Source: Diadema antillarum | Lineage: Eukaryota | Reading direction: 5' to 3' | Assembly: GCF_040938485.1 (NCBI RefSeq) | Contig: NW_027272920.1 | Span: 1 to 64,000, forward strand | DNA length: 64,000 nucleotides | Shown: positions 23,848 to 36,400 of the stretch, piece after piece | How the letters are laid out: every line of letters starts with the position of its first letter | Position numbering within the stretch: position 1 is the stretch's first letter | Made by a program: the position numbers and the translations under genes | Notes under the pieces: generated by a model | Told to the model about the DNA's origin: nothing | Seen by the model: only the letters and a program-made list of their open reading frames with translations | The model's database searches: none

Positions 23848-24602
23848 CAGTTCGGGAAACCCACTCACAAGGGGGGCCCCTCCTTATAAGTAACCCGTCC
23901 CCTTATAAGTAACCCCGTCCCCCTTATAAGTAACCCCCGGGGCACCCCTTATAAGGAGTCTCCACGCTTTTTTGCAATGCAACGCGAAAATGAAAGGACT
24001 GCTGCAATTCGCTTGATTATGTCCATAAAGCTTCACAAGTTTCCTAGTTACTCACGAAATTTGAGCAAAATCGGTTTGAGGCATCATATCTAAAATCATG
24101 GATTTAAATGCGATGTCAAACGACCCATGCGAATGCTGAAATGCGAGCGATTACTGGCGTGAGTGTCGCCAGGCGCGGCGGCGCGGCAATGCTTGAGTGC
24201 AGACGTGGCGACTGAGTACGAAAGTCTCCGTACTCAGTCGCCACGTCTGCACTCAAGCATTGCCGGCCCGCCGCGCCTGGCGACACTCACGCCAGTAATC
24301 GCTCGCATTTCAGCATTCGCATGGGTCGTTTGACATCGCATTTAAATCCATGATTTTAGATATGATGCCTCAAACCGATTTTGCTCAAATTTCGTGAGTA
24401 ACTAGGAAACTTGTGAAGCTTTATGGAAATAATCAAGCGAATTGCCGCAGTCCTTTCATTTTCGCGTTGCATTGCAAAAAAGCGTGGATACTCCTTATAA
24501 GGGGTGCCCCGGGGGTTACTTATAAAGGGGACGGGGTTACTTATAAGGGGGACAGGTTACTTATAAGGAGGGGCCCCCCTTTTGAGTGGGTTTCCCGAAC
24601 TG
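23848..24602. mobile_element. Near-perfect 755-bp palindrome (fold-back element), about 373-bp arms, 8-nt spacer
   Basis: The arms are reverse complements with about 8-9 differences by eye; outer parts carry tandem CCCTTATAAGTAAC repeats. Confidence 0.93.
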
Positions 24603-25591
24603 ACAAACACACACAATTAATGCATGAACAGGAAGATTAAATGGGCCGCACGCGAGGAAGATGACTCTCTGTATCGCACTGAAGGGGTGGTACAGTGTAA
24701 GTGCAGTGCATGATTAGAAGCTGACAACACACGATAAGGTGACACTCGATAAGACCTTCTTTGCGCTATGTCTCACTGTCTAACGGCAAATGTCATGAAT
24801 GTTTAGACTGCAGTCAGCATAATTTATCGGGAACTGATTAGAAAATAATCCTTCTGGGGTAATCTGGTAAGGAAATGAAATCCCTGCAATTTTTTTTTTC
24901 TATGGATTTACTTACAGTACATTTTTAGACATTAATACAAAGACAATGGAAGTGTTTCAGCCAGATTTGTCCTAAAAGCAGTTTGTGGTTCCGATTAAGC
25001 AGTGGAAAAAACATGTGACTAATTTGTTACACCAAGTTTTTGTTGAAGCAGGGTTCCCGCTAAAGCAGTTCCCCAACGGGTGAGCACTGTTTATACAATG
25101 AAATATAGCTTTTCATCAGTCAAAACCCACTTACCTAACGTTAGACTTCTAGTTCTGAGGAATTATATCTAGGTCTAATGACCTTCATATTTAAATCAAT
25201 CGTGAACTAGATATTCCTAACCAGTTTTTGAGAACATAAAAATTTCTAGTTGATGAATGATGTATTGTAACAGTCTGCCTAATATAAGCTTCCTAAAGAG
25301 AGCCTCACATTATACATATGATGGGCAATGTAGGGTTCACGTTAGGTAGGCAGCTCCAGATTTTTCTTTAATACATCTAGGTTTAACCACTCTTTTCACT
25401 TGCATTCGTAGTCTCTTGCTATCTCCGACATATTCGATTACGAATGGGACTAACTTTGCGGAAGACGAGCTATTAGTATTGGTATACTTCTCATGACAAG
25501 ATGACCAGCTGCTTTATGACTCTGTCTTTAACCTGTTTGCTGTTAAACTGTAGCAAATTCAGATGAGAGTGAATAAACTGTAAAAACTTAC

Positions 25592-25700
25592 CTTTGAACA
25601 CTTCTATGCTACGATGGCTTGATTCTCTGAACAATTACAACGCAACGAGACTCAGGTTCCAACGTGTAATTAGACGTGTCGCAGTTCAGGTTCAGCGAAT
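25592..25700 (-). other. NUCB2: Probable non-coding first exon of nucleobindin (5' end approximate)
   Basis: Strong donor AAAG|GTAAGT at 25591; CpG-richer context next to bZIP motifs. No transcript evidence. Confidence 0.5.
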
Positions 25701-25714
25701 CCACCCTGACGTCA
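25661..25714. promoter_or_regulatory. Cluster of ACGT-core bZIP motifs, including a perfect CRE TGACGTCA (25707-25714) and GACGTGTC (25673-25680)
   Basis: Motifs read directly from the sequence; function inferred from position. Confidence 0.4.
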
Positions 25715-26899
25715 AGAGTTTCCGGTGTCAAAACACTTATTGTACATACATGTAATATCAGTGATGCGTAGTGTGCGTCAACTTGCACCAGCCCACTGAT
25801 CGGATCTAAACTCTTTTGACCTCTATTGATTTTTCAAATCAGGAAAATTGTAAGTAATTTTTGGTTCTTGAATATGTCTCATGAATTCTTAGATTACTAA
25901 ATTAAAAGAATGCAATTAAGAATTTTTTTTTTTCATATAAAGTCTCTGTGCCTTACTCCCTATGTCATTAGAAGATTGAGTTGACAGAAAATTCTTATTT
26001 TCCCCTTTAGTTTCCCACTTTGCTTTTGTTTAAGGTTAGAAAGAGATAAAGAGAACGAACAATTATTTTGCTATTTCATTCAAGTCTCTCATTGTGTTAA
26101 ATTGGTCTTTTGTTATCACTGTTATCTTGAAGAGCATTGGCAAAGGAACGTCAACATGTAAATTTTTGCAATTTTTACTTTTATGACTTGAAAAATAAAA
26201 ACGAATGTGTTCACTCATGCGTAAAGTTTCCCTTAAAATTGACCTAAGGTAGATAGCCAATTAAATAACCTTCAATATGGTATATGATTCACTGATTTTC
26301 ATTAAAATCTTCTATGAAAAGTATAACCTCGAAAAAAAAAATGTCTACTTTCTTCTTCTTCTTTTTTTCCCCTGAGGTTATGCTGATTTTAAGGTTATGC
26401 TGATTTTACCTGTGATTAAAATTCTGCTTGCCATTCTCATTTTACCTTCTTATCTTTCTCTTTTATTTCTTGAACGTGATCTCATTTATTGCTGTTGCTA
26501 AGCGAGAAAGGAGAACTTTTGCACACTCTTGTAATCTTACACACATGGTTCTGGTTCTCATTTTGTTGCTGTACTAAAGTATAAAATGCATCGAAATTGA
26601 CACTGTATTTTTATCATATATCTACACTTAGAATCAATATTATTTTCTATCAAAAACTGATTAAAAACTAAGCTTATAGAGAATCATTTAGAGCTATATT
26701 CCGCACTTACCACCCCTCTCTATCTCTAAATGTCTGTCTAAACCACTGATTATTCACCTCGATTGCCCCAGCCCTCAATCATTATCTATAGCCAGTATCA
26801 CCCCCATGGTCTATAACTACATGTCACTATCTCGTACCATTCCATACAGGCTCACTCAACTTCAAGAATTAATTTCCATCTTTACCTCGATCAACATCG

Positions 26900-27900
26900 T
26901 CATCTCTCACCATCACATTACAATCTCTTACCCATCTCTCCCCATCTAATATCTCTCACATCTCTCAACATCTCTTTTATCTCTCCCCATCTCATATCTC
27001 TCCTGTCTTTCAACATCTTTTAATACCTCTCCCATCTCTTGACATCTTTTAATAATCTCCCATCTCTTAACATCTCTCAAATCTTTCCCTACGTCTTAAT
27101 ATTTCTCCTCATCTCTTAACATCCCTTGATATCTCTCAACATTTCTTATATATCTCACCATCTCTCCACATCTCAATATCTCTTATTACTCTCCCTACAT
27201 CTAAATACAAAGTACAATGTATTTCTCCTCATCTCTCGATATCCCTTGATATCTTTCAACATCTCTTATAATTATATCTCACCATCTCTCCCCATGTTAA
27301 ACTGTATATCTCACCATCTCTCCCCATCTTAACATCTTTGTATCGCTCCCCATCTCAAGATCTCTTATATCTCAACATCTCTTATATCTCTCAACATCTT
27401 TTAATGTCTCTCCCATCTCTCAACATACCTTGATATCTCTCTCACCATCTCCCTCCCCATCTTTCAACATCTTTGTATCTCTACTCATCTCTCAATATCT
27501 CTTATATCTCCTCATCTCTCCCCATCCCATAACATCATTTCTCTCTCATAATCTCTCAACATCTTATACATGTATCTCTTAAAATCTTATATCTCTCCCA
27601 TTTCTTTTTATCTCTTATATCATCACTTACAATTTCTCATCATCTTTCACTGCCTAGCAATCTCTATATACTTTCCCAAAATGTCTTAATATCACAAATC
27701 ATCGCTGACCATTATTTCTTTTAATTCACAATAATTTCTTGTCTCTAATTGTCTACTACCTCTCATAATTTCTGCTCACATTTCACTATCTCTCACTGCA
27801 TCTTATTTCCTCACCCCACAGATCACTTAACTTCAGTATGTCATCATCTGTCACCATTTCTTAAAACTCTCCCCCATCTCTGATCTTGTCATCCCAGCCC
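26900..27900. repeat. G-poor degenerate C/T/A satellite (CATCTCTC-like units)
   Basis: About 1 kb of CATCTCTCAACATCTCTT-like repeats, with an internal duplication 27095-27180 vs 27218-27290. Confidence 0.8.
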
Positions 27901-27937
27901 TCATTCTAGCTTGTCATCTGTTCTACAAAACCAAATA

Positions 27938-28440
27938 CAGTACTCTCCGCGTAATCGGGTATCGCTTATACGGGTACTCCGTTTAATTGGGTAGAAAAGT
28001 CAAAATCAGTTCCAATGCACATTAAAATCACCTGATAATCGGGTTGCCTCTCCGCATAAATGGGTAAATAATTTTCTTCTAATCTACTTTCTACCCGCAT
28101 TTTATCACAGATATAACACTTTAAGAAATAATGAATGTCAAATTTTCCACGTTAGCGAGGAGTCTTAGTCAAACCACAAAGTTTTATGAAGGCATATTTG
28201 TCCATAAAAAGAGTGTAAATTAATGCTCCTGACTGAGCAAGTGTAAGGTATGTACAATGTGCCGTGCAAGCACGCGTGTTAAGCATACAGTGTAGGTGTT
28301 CGGTGCAGTGTACAATTCATGTACATACACATTGTGTGTGTCAAATGTGAATGAGACATGTTCTTCTGTTAATCGGGTACTCCGCTTAATGGGGTAAGAA
28401 ACGCTCTGCCCGAGCCTACCCGATTATGCGGAGAGTACTG
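27938..28440. mobile_element. pogo/Tigger-like MITE, 503 bp, TA target duplication
   Basis: TA|CAGTACTCTCCGCGTAATCGGGTA ... TACCCGATTATGCGGAGAGTACTG|TA. Confidence 0.88.
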
Positions 28441-28514
28441 TACATGTATTACTGAGAGTTCATCATATTTTCACTTTCCTGACAAGATGATGGCCCCCTT
28501 GGCTTACCTCTTCC

Positions 28515-28545
<31 letters not shown>

Positions 28546-29630
28546 GGGGGGGATATTACCCTTAAATTTTTTTCCCCCAGTAACAATATTGTAAAGAATG
28601 TGTGATTCTCATAAAAAACAAAATTTTCCTTCTCATACAACTGTGACATCGCTAATTGTACAATTTTGTAGTCTTCTTAATATCCAACAATGGGGGTGCC
28701 GATGACTTAGAAACTTTTGCACAGATTGTCCGAATTTCCTCAGACTTCACAGATATGTTCTATTGATATTTCTGCATTCATACAAATCACATACTGCATA
28801 CTCATACAATTTTACCAATACAATTGTACAATCATTCACACTGCACTCTTTTAATTTAGACTTGCAATACCATTTTGTCTGACAAACAAGACCATGGGCA
28901 TCATAATGTAATGTTATCTCTGCCTCAGTCCAAGGCTATCAATTCAGTGTTTGTTGTGGCACACTGTTCACCATTTTAATCAGCCATTTTCTCCATAAGC
29001 TTAAGTGGCATTACTTGTAATCACCAGTAATCAGCAGTCTATTTTCATAGATATATGTACAGGATATGTGCAGATGGGCAAATACACTGTGTATTTACAT
29101 GAAATGAGTCACAAGCACTTGCAGAAATGGAAGAGATGGGTATATACAAATTTTGAACCTCATGTCATCATATCATATTCTATGAAGGTTGGAGGAAAAA
29201 ACAAGAATTGCACTAAATAAAAGAAGCACAACTTAGTTTTAATTTCTCACCTTTACAAAATACATTGATTTGCGCAATCTTTATGTCAGCAGTTCTGAAA
29301 TCATGCTGGATATATCGAGGTTGTGGAAGATTCAAAAGAATCAGAAGTTTAGAAAATTGTTCTAAATGACATCCTTTATCAATGGAATTTAACAGGCACA
29401 ATAGCTTTAATGGGCATGAAGAAACGGTACAGCAAGTTTACAAAATGTAAATTGTACTGCAGGTTATAAATCCTGAAATACCCACAAGGATATTAGTTAG
29501 AAAAAAGCTAATGTCCACGCAATATCATAAAATTTGGCCTACATGTGATTGTTGGTCTTATTACGTGCTCATCAAGATTTCCTGTCCTTCTTTGTAGAAT
29601 GAGGAATTCACATTAACATTTTGTTTGTTA

Positions 29631-30912
29631 CAGTGCACTCCCGTTATAACGAAATGCTTGGGACCGGCAGTTTTCTTTCATTATAACGAAATTTTGTTAT
29701 AATCAAATAAATACTACATATAACAAAAAAAAAAACACCAAAAAAACAAACACGCATATATCATATTTTGTTTGTTGAATACTCATCATACACTCGAAAG
29801 CTATGTGAAATGGGATGGCACCATTTTAATTCTGTTTGAATGTTACATTTACAAGAAAGCATAAAGTTGTTTGTATTGTCACACATGTATAGAAAATGAC
29901 GGTTTAGGATTCAGTTACAGTTTGCTATAATTCCAAAGGTTCATTTCTTACTAAAGTTCGTTACTCCGAAGGCTCCTTATTCCGCAGTTTCGCCATTCCC
30001 GGGATTCCGAAGGTTTGTTCATTTGAAGCTTCACTCTTTCAAAGATTCGATCGTTATTCCGAAAGTTCATAATTTAGATATAAATATAATGTTATTCGTT
30101 TTCCGAAGATTCGTTGATCAGACAATGAAATGAGGTTCGTCATTCTGAAGGTTAGTAAATCAAGAAATGAGAAAGGATCACTATTCTTAAGGTTCGTTGT
30201 TACTCCGAAGGTGTGATAATAAAAAAGAAAATGAGAAAGGTTAGTTATTTAGAAGGTTCAGTTAACTTAAGATGATTATAAGGTTTGCAATTCCTCAGTT
30301 TTGTTAGTGGACTTACCTTTTTCACTTTTGGATTAACAAAACGTTTTTTTAATGTTGCGATTAATGAATGTTTGAAATTCCTATCATTTTCGGACTAATG
30401 AACCATCGTAATAAGAACCATATTTCTCTGTCGGATTAACAAACCTTATTGATAACGAACCCTATTTCATTTCCGAACTAACAGACATTTAAGTCAATTA
30501 GAATCTGTGTGTTTTGTAAAAAAGAACCTTTGGAACAATAAAGCGAACCTTATTTAATTTCAGATTATTGTATTACAATAACGCAAGTTCCCCTCAGAAA
30601 CTGTGCTTGACACATGGAGCGAACACTCAATGATGTAAAGCGTTCGCCCATGCAGAGACGCTATAATGCTTGTTCCGCTACGTATTTTCGGAAGCGATCC
30701 GCATTTTGTTATAACAGAGCACATTTCTTTTGTTTTTCTTTGTCAGTGGTGCTCTGAGAAGACTCCGTTATAACGAAATTTCGCTATGACCGTGTTCGTT
30801 ATAAGCAAATTTTGTATCATAGACCTTAATGCCGATAATTTTGGGACCAGAAGTTTTACTTCATTATAATGAATTTTGATTTAACCGTGTTCGTTGTAAC
30901 GGGAGTGCACTG
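29631..30912. mobile_element. pogo-like MITE, TA target duplication, with an internal insertion of the TTATTCCGAAGG repeat family
   Basis: TA|CAGTGCACTCCCGTTATAACG ... CGTTGTAACGGGAGTGCACTG|TA; degenerate 16-bp repeats at about 29955-30570. Confidence 0.85.
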
Positions 30913-31859
30913 TATTGCCATAAAGGTTCTCCAAACCATACTTGGAATCTACAACTCAGCAATTTCACATGCACAACACAGACGTTTGAAGAGTTTGCAG
31001 TTTTCTCGGCTTTAATTGTTACAAATGTCAAAGTAAATTCCACAATGCTCACAGCTTATTTATTGTTTTCTAGCTGTTGCCATTGTTGCCGACCAAATCC
31101 TGAAAAGTAGAAGTATGAGCACAAATATACACTGCTTATAGATGGATCTTGGGTGTTACTCTGAATTTTTTGTGATAAAATTAATGACATTGTCAAAAGC
31201 ATGAAAATACAAAATACAAGATTGAATTATCAGCTAGAGTGACTGTGCATATGAATACACAATTTAAAGGAAGGTTCAGTGTGCTAACTGCCTCCTTATA
31301 CCTAAAAATACAAATCACTCAAAAGATTTTACTGACTGACTACATGAGAATGGAGAAACTGTTCTAAACAACTCCATACCCTGAGTTTTACAGTTCATAT
31401 GCATTACAGTTCATCACACAGGACTGCAAACTAACCCATTTTTTTTTTCTAGTTTCTACCCAGTTTTTCCATTTTTGTACTGGTACATTCCTGAATAGTT
31501 ACTGGTCTGACACTGATTTTTACTGATCTGGACCATTGGACCAGTGTCAGTGTGTTATGCACAAGGTCTTAACCACAAAAGTACTCTGAGAGTGAAGACC
31601 TCAGATAGGCAGCTCATTTTAACTCATATACACATAATATGTTTAAAATGGCCCCATTTCCAAATAACAGAGAATCCTTTCTAGTGTCTCTACCTTAAAT
31701 TCTGATGCGCTTTGATTGTGCACATCAAATATGCACAGCTTGAATTCTCTCTTCTGTTGGCCCTTTTTGCCTCTGATAAAGAATCCTTCAAAAAAATTAA
31801 AAAGAAATTCCTGGATGCAGATGGTAATCAAGATGGTAATCTACATCATTACATGTACA

Positions 31860-32006
31860 AAAATTAAATTATCTGTTCCTTGTGCCACTTTCAGTATTTC
31901 CTGCAAATTTCATTCAAATCCTTTTTTGAGTAATTTTGAAAGCAGAGAGACACACAGACAAATAAACTGACACCAGCAAAAAATTACCTCCTTGGCGGAG
32001 GTAATT
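31860..32006 (+). mobile_element. 3' fragment of a Helentron-associated (HINE/pearl-like) element
   Basis: ACAG-like microsatellite followed by hairpin ATTACCTCC-TTGGC-GGAGGTAAT (31983-32005). Confidence 0.45.
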
Positions 32007-32071
32007 GTCACAGGTTAAACCTTCACGACACTGCTGCCAGCAATGCATCTTCACATGCTTGATATACTTCA

Positions 32072-32102
<31 letters not shown>

Positions 32103-33328
32103 GGTGGCATAGTCTGTTTGTTCCAATCATTCCACTTCACACTGGTGATTATTTTTGGCCAAGGGCTTGGAATCCAAAGCCATGGCTTGTCATCCACAAG
32201 CTGGAAATGCACAGTGGTGGACAATAAATGTCTACAAATTAAAAGATTGTGATGAAATAACCCTGAAACCAATTTGGTCATCAAGGTTTGTAAATCCCTC
32301 AAGACTCACGTGCACACCATAATCTGCACCTTTTGCAAACATTTCATTGACTTTACAGATAGTACTACAGTCATGTTCACAAGGAAAGAATGAAGGTTGT
32401 CTGCCATGTACGGTCCATCAGTTAGTCACAGTGGATTTTGTCTTACAGTTAGTGGCAAATGTTCAAAATGCAATGCTTTCTTGCTTTTTGAGTCTACTTC
32501 CAACAAACTTGAATGTTCATTCTTAAATATACTTTGGTCTGATAGGTGATATACTGTATTTTGGCAATGAGCATACATCTCAATTCACTCTTTGTACCTT
32601 GCTAATCTGAGGTGACACAAAATCAATTTCATAACATGTACTTTTAAGTTCATCCATAACTGAACTGAAGGACAAAACAGTGATAAACAGATATTGTGTG
32701 AAATATGAATAAACAGAAAATATACTCTCCTCAAATAGGCATACTTCTTTTCTTTTGCACATCTCTGAGATATTTTGCATCCATAGTTTCCTTCGCTTCA
32801 CATAGGTGTGTAAACCATAAATCATTTAAAGTACTATGTTGTCTATACAAACTGACTCAGGAAGGCACTTATTCTTCAGTCTATTTTTGTCTACTGTCCA
32901 AGGTTTTGATAAGACCATTTGCAAATTACATATTACATTTAACAATGAACAGCCTTATCAATGGAGACAATGGGATATACACACATTCTATCACATCAGG
33001 AGTGTAAATTCCACTCCCTTTATACACTGCAACAAAGGCAATTTGTGAATGAATCTTTCTCCACAGAAATGAAGGACAGAGTAAACTTGACATCTGACCT
33101 TGAGCCACCCAGTTCAAAATCCAGGAGAGGGTTAAACTCCTCAAAGATTCTAGAAAGTGGTGGCGAAAAGAAAGTCCACTTGGAAAGTCTTTCTCTCCAT
33201 ATCCAGCATTTATGCAAATTGGGTTGGCACCAGTCTGACCATCCTAGCCTCAGTTCACCCTTGATTCAGAAGTACATTGTCCATTTATGAACTCTTGACC
33301 TCTTGAGTTACGGGTATCTCGATACCCT

Positions 33329-33425
33329 TCACCAGCAGGGATTGCCGAATCGCTTTATGAGGTTGTCTTGGTCTGCGAGATCCTTCTGGACTTTCTTGCG
33401 CATGTAAAAGATTGGGCAGTCTCGA
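33329..33425 (-). CDS. POLD1: POLD1 exon 21 ([17 protein letters not shown]...RFGNPCW*)
   Basis: CTCAG acceptor, phase 2, TGA at 33331-33329. Confidence 0.95.
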
Positions 33426-36400
33426 CTGAGCAGTGAGACAAATTATAAACAATATGGAAGAAAACAGATATGGTTAGTATTAGTCTCTGTGTTCTGGGTG
33501 TATGCACAGCATATTCCTCAGTGTGAGCTATGCTGCATGAAATATCAAAGCTATAGAAAATAAGTTCCAGGAGCTGTTGAATCAAAGAACAGATCATAGG
33601 TATTTTTAATTCAGAGCAAACAAAATTTGAGAAGAAATGACTCAGTGCATGTTTTGTACAGTAACATTTATGATTGAATTGACATTTGATACTCCTTTTT
33701 CATGATGAAAGCTGCACAAAAAATCGAAGACATTATCAGAACTATTGCCTTCGATTGACAGAGGTAAAAGAAATGTAATAATTATGATAACTGCATATTA
33801 TTTATTCTCTACATGTGCACGGCAACCATGAAAAAGTTTTAGGAATTGAAATTTTGCCTTGAAAATCTAGCCCATATAACTGAAATGCCATATTGATGCC
33901 TCTTGTTTATTGATGTTAATGAACAAACATGTCAAACTTTGAATTTGTAAAAAGAGAGAAAGATAAAGTGAAGAAAAAGACTGAGAAGGAGACATATAAA
34001 AAGAGAAAATTAGAAGAAAAATAGACTTGTCAATGCCATGAAGACTATAATTTGAGGATTGTAATTTCTCCAAAAAGGGATATGAAAACTGCTTTCAATT
34101 GAAGAGATCCAAATATAATGTTTTGATAGCTAGAAATGCATAGCAAAAATCTTCTCAATGCTTGGTCTTTCCAAATTCACCAGCAGAGAATTTGGGCTAT
34201 GATGGATGGAATAAAATACAAGTTGGTTCTCACCTGGTGCAAAGAATGTCCTCATGCAAACTCCCTTGGCAACGCTGACACTGTGTCCAGAGACGACCAA
34301 ATTTCTCCTCCAAAGCAGCAAGCTGGATGATCTAAATTATTATTGTTGAAAAAGGAAGCAATTCATAACATTACATATAAAATAATTAGGCATATATACA
34401 TGTACGTCAGATATGTATAACAGAAAAGAATTATCATAGAACTAGAAATGTCGCTACGGCGACTGGTGTATGCCTCCACAATAATGCATGGTTCTCCTAA
34501 TAGGTCTATAGTACAATGTCTTGACAATGTGTGATGACAGTTTCACACAATTGGCAAAATATTAAAATGACAGGTTTCCCACAAATGTGCTGAATGTTCA
34601 CTTTCCTAGAACTAGGTTCAATTGGATGAATGATTAAAACGTCAGAGTGCAGGTATTTGGGGGAACTGATGATTTTTACTTGACTTTTGACCCTTTTATA
34701 AGTTTATGCATTGAGTAATTTTCAAGGTATTGAGAAAAAGTATAATTTCAGTATCAAATGGTAAAATAGTATTATCTAAACCTGGCCTTTGACCTTTGAT
34801 CTCACAGTTCCAAAGAGAATCACTGTTGGGTAGAACATGCATAAATATGTAAGTTTCATGATAATACCTTGAGTTACTTTTGAGATATGGAGGAAGAAGT
34901 GCAATTTAGCACTTTCACTTGACCTTTGACCTTTTGGCAAGAAACTTCCCACAGAATATATATTGGGTTATACATGCATACATCAAGTTAAAAAAAAAAT
35001 ACTTCGGCATTGCATAAATATAAGGAAAGTAGTGATATTTTGAGGAGTTGACCTTGATCTTTGACCCCTGACCTTTGACCCATGACCCCCAACTTCCCTA
35101 GATAATCACTGCCCATCGGTGGCATACACACTAAGTTCCATGAAGATACCTTGAACCATTTGCGAGATATGGAGAAAAACATGAAATTTCAAACTTTTTT
35201 CACAAAATAACCTGTGACCTTTGACCTTTGACCCCGTGACCCTAAAATCTAAACAAAGTATCATCCCCCAAGGTTATACCCTCATACCAAGTTTGATGTA
35301 AAACCACCACATGGTTCTTGAGATATCGACAAAAACAAAACGGGACGGACGGACGTACAGACGGACGGACGTACAGACGGACGTACGGACGGACGTACGG
35401 ACGGACGTACGGACGGACGGACGACCCGAAAACATAATGCCTCCTGCCACTTCGTTGGCGGAGGCATAAAAAGCAGTTGCTCTTTATTTTCCAAAATGAT
35501 GGTTTGGAGTCTTGAAATGAGGCTTACAACACAAGACAACAAGTGACCTCACATACATCCCATCTTTCATCAAACGTAAGCATGTACCTAAAGATTAAAA
35601 CTACTTTCATAATAATAAGTAGATGCTGTTATTATTCAAAGAAAATATATTTACATTAACAAATATTACATCATACATTACATCAAAACTCAAGAAGCTT
35701 TGAGGTGAGATTTGACATGTAATCTCAAGAATAAATTTTATTGAAAATTGGAAAATAGAGTGGAATCTAAGAATCTAAGAAACAAGATGAATTGGGTTTT
35801 TTAATCAGTATTGGAGAATGAAATTTATTATGAAAAAAAAATGTAGATTTGATGATATCTGGTAAACTATTCTTGCAGGAAGATAGAATTTACATTGAAC
35901 TATCATAAAAACAGAAGAATAGCTTCAAAGATAGGGATAACCCATGCCAGTGGATCAGCAAGCTAAGACTCATGTGACTGAAAGTTCGGGAAAGACCTTG
36001 AATTTTTTTTTTTTTTTTGAGTGAGGAGGTAGGAAAAATGCTTTCCTATGATGATATATGATTTTTCTCTGTGTTAAAATTCTGTAATCAGGAGACATAC
36101 CTCCTTCTGGTAGATGGCTGACTCATTTGGCTTGCAGAACTTGCAGACAGCCACACCCTCCTTGTCCATTCCCATCTTACATCCTAGACATTTGCTGCGC
36201 TTCTTGGTGAATGCCATCAGACCTCCGACCTTTGATGTGACCTTTGTCACTGTCATTGTGTGTTCTCCCTCTGCAAATTAAATTCATATGAAGCGAGTCA
36301 AGTTATCTAAAACTCTGTTCCCTCTGACAGCACTCAAAGAGAATTTGCAGCAAATGCACCTCATGAGTGTTACAGCACTTGCCATTCAAAAACTAGCAAG

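Noticed and set aside
23880-23955. Short regularly spaced direct repeats resembling a CRISPR array
   Set aside because: The spacers are only a few bases, the repeats form part of a fold-back arm, and the DNA is eukaryotic with no cas genes.
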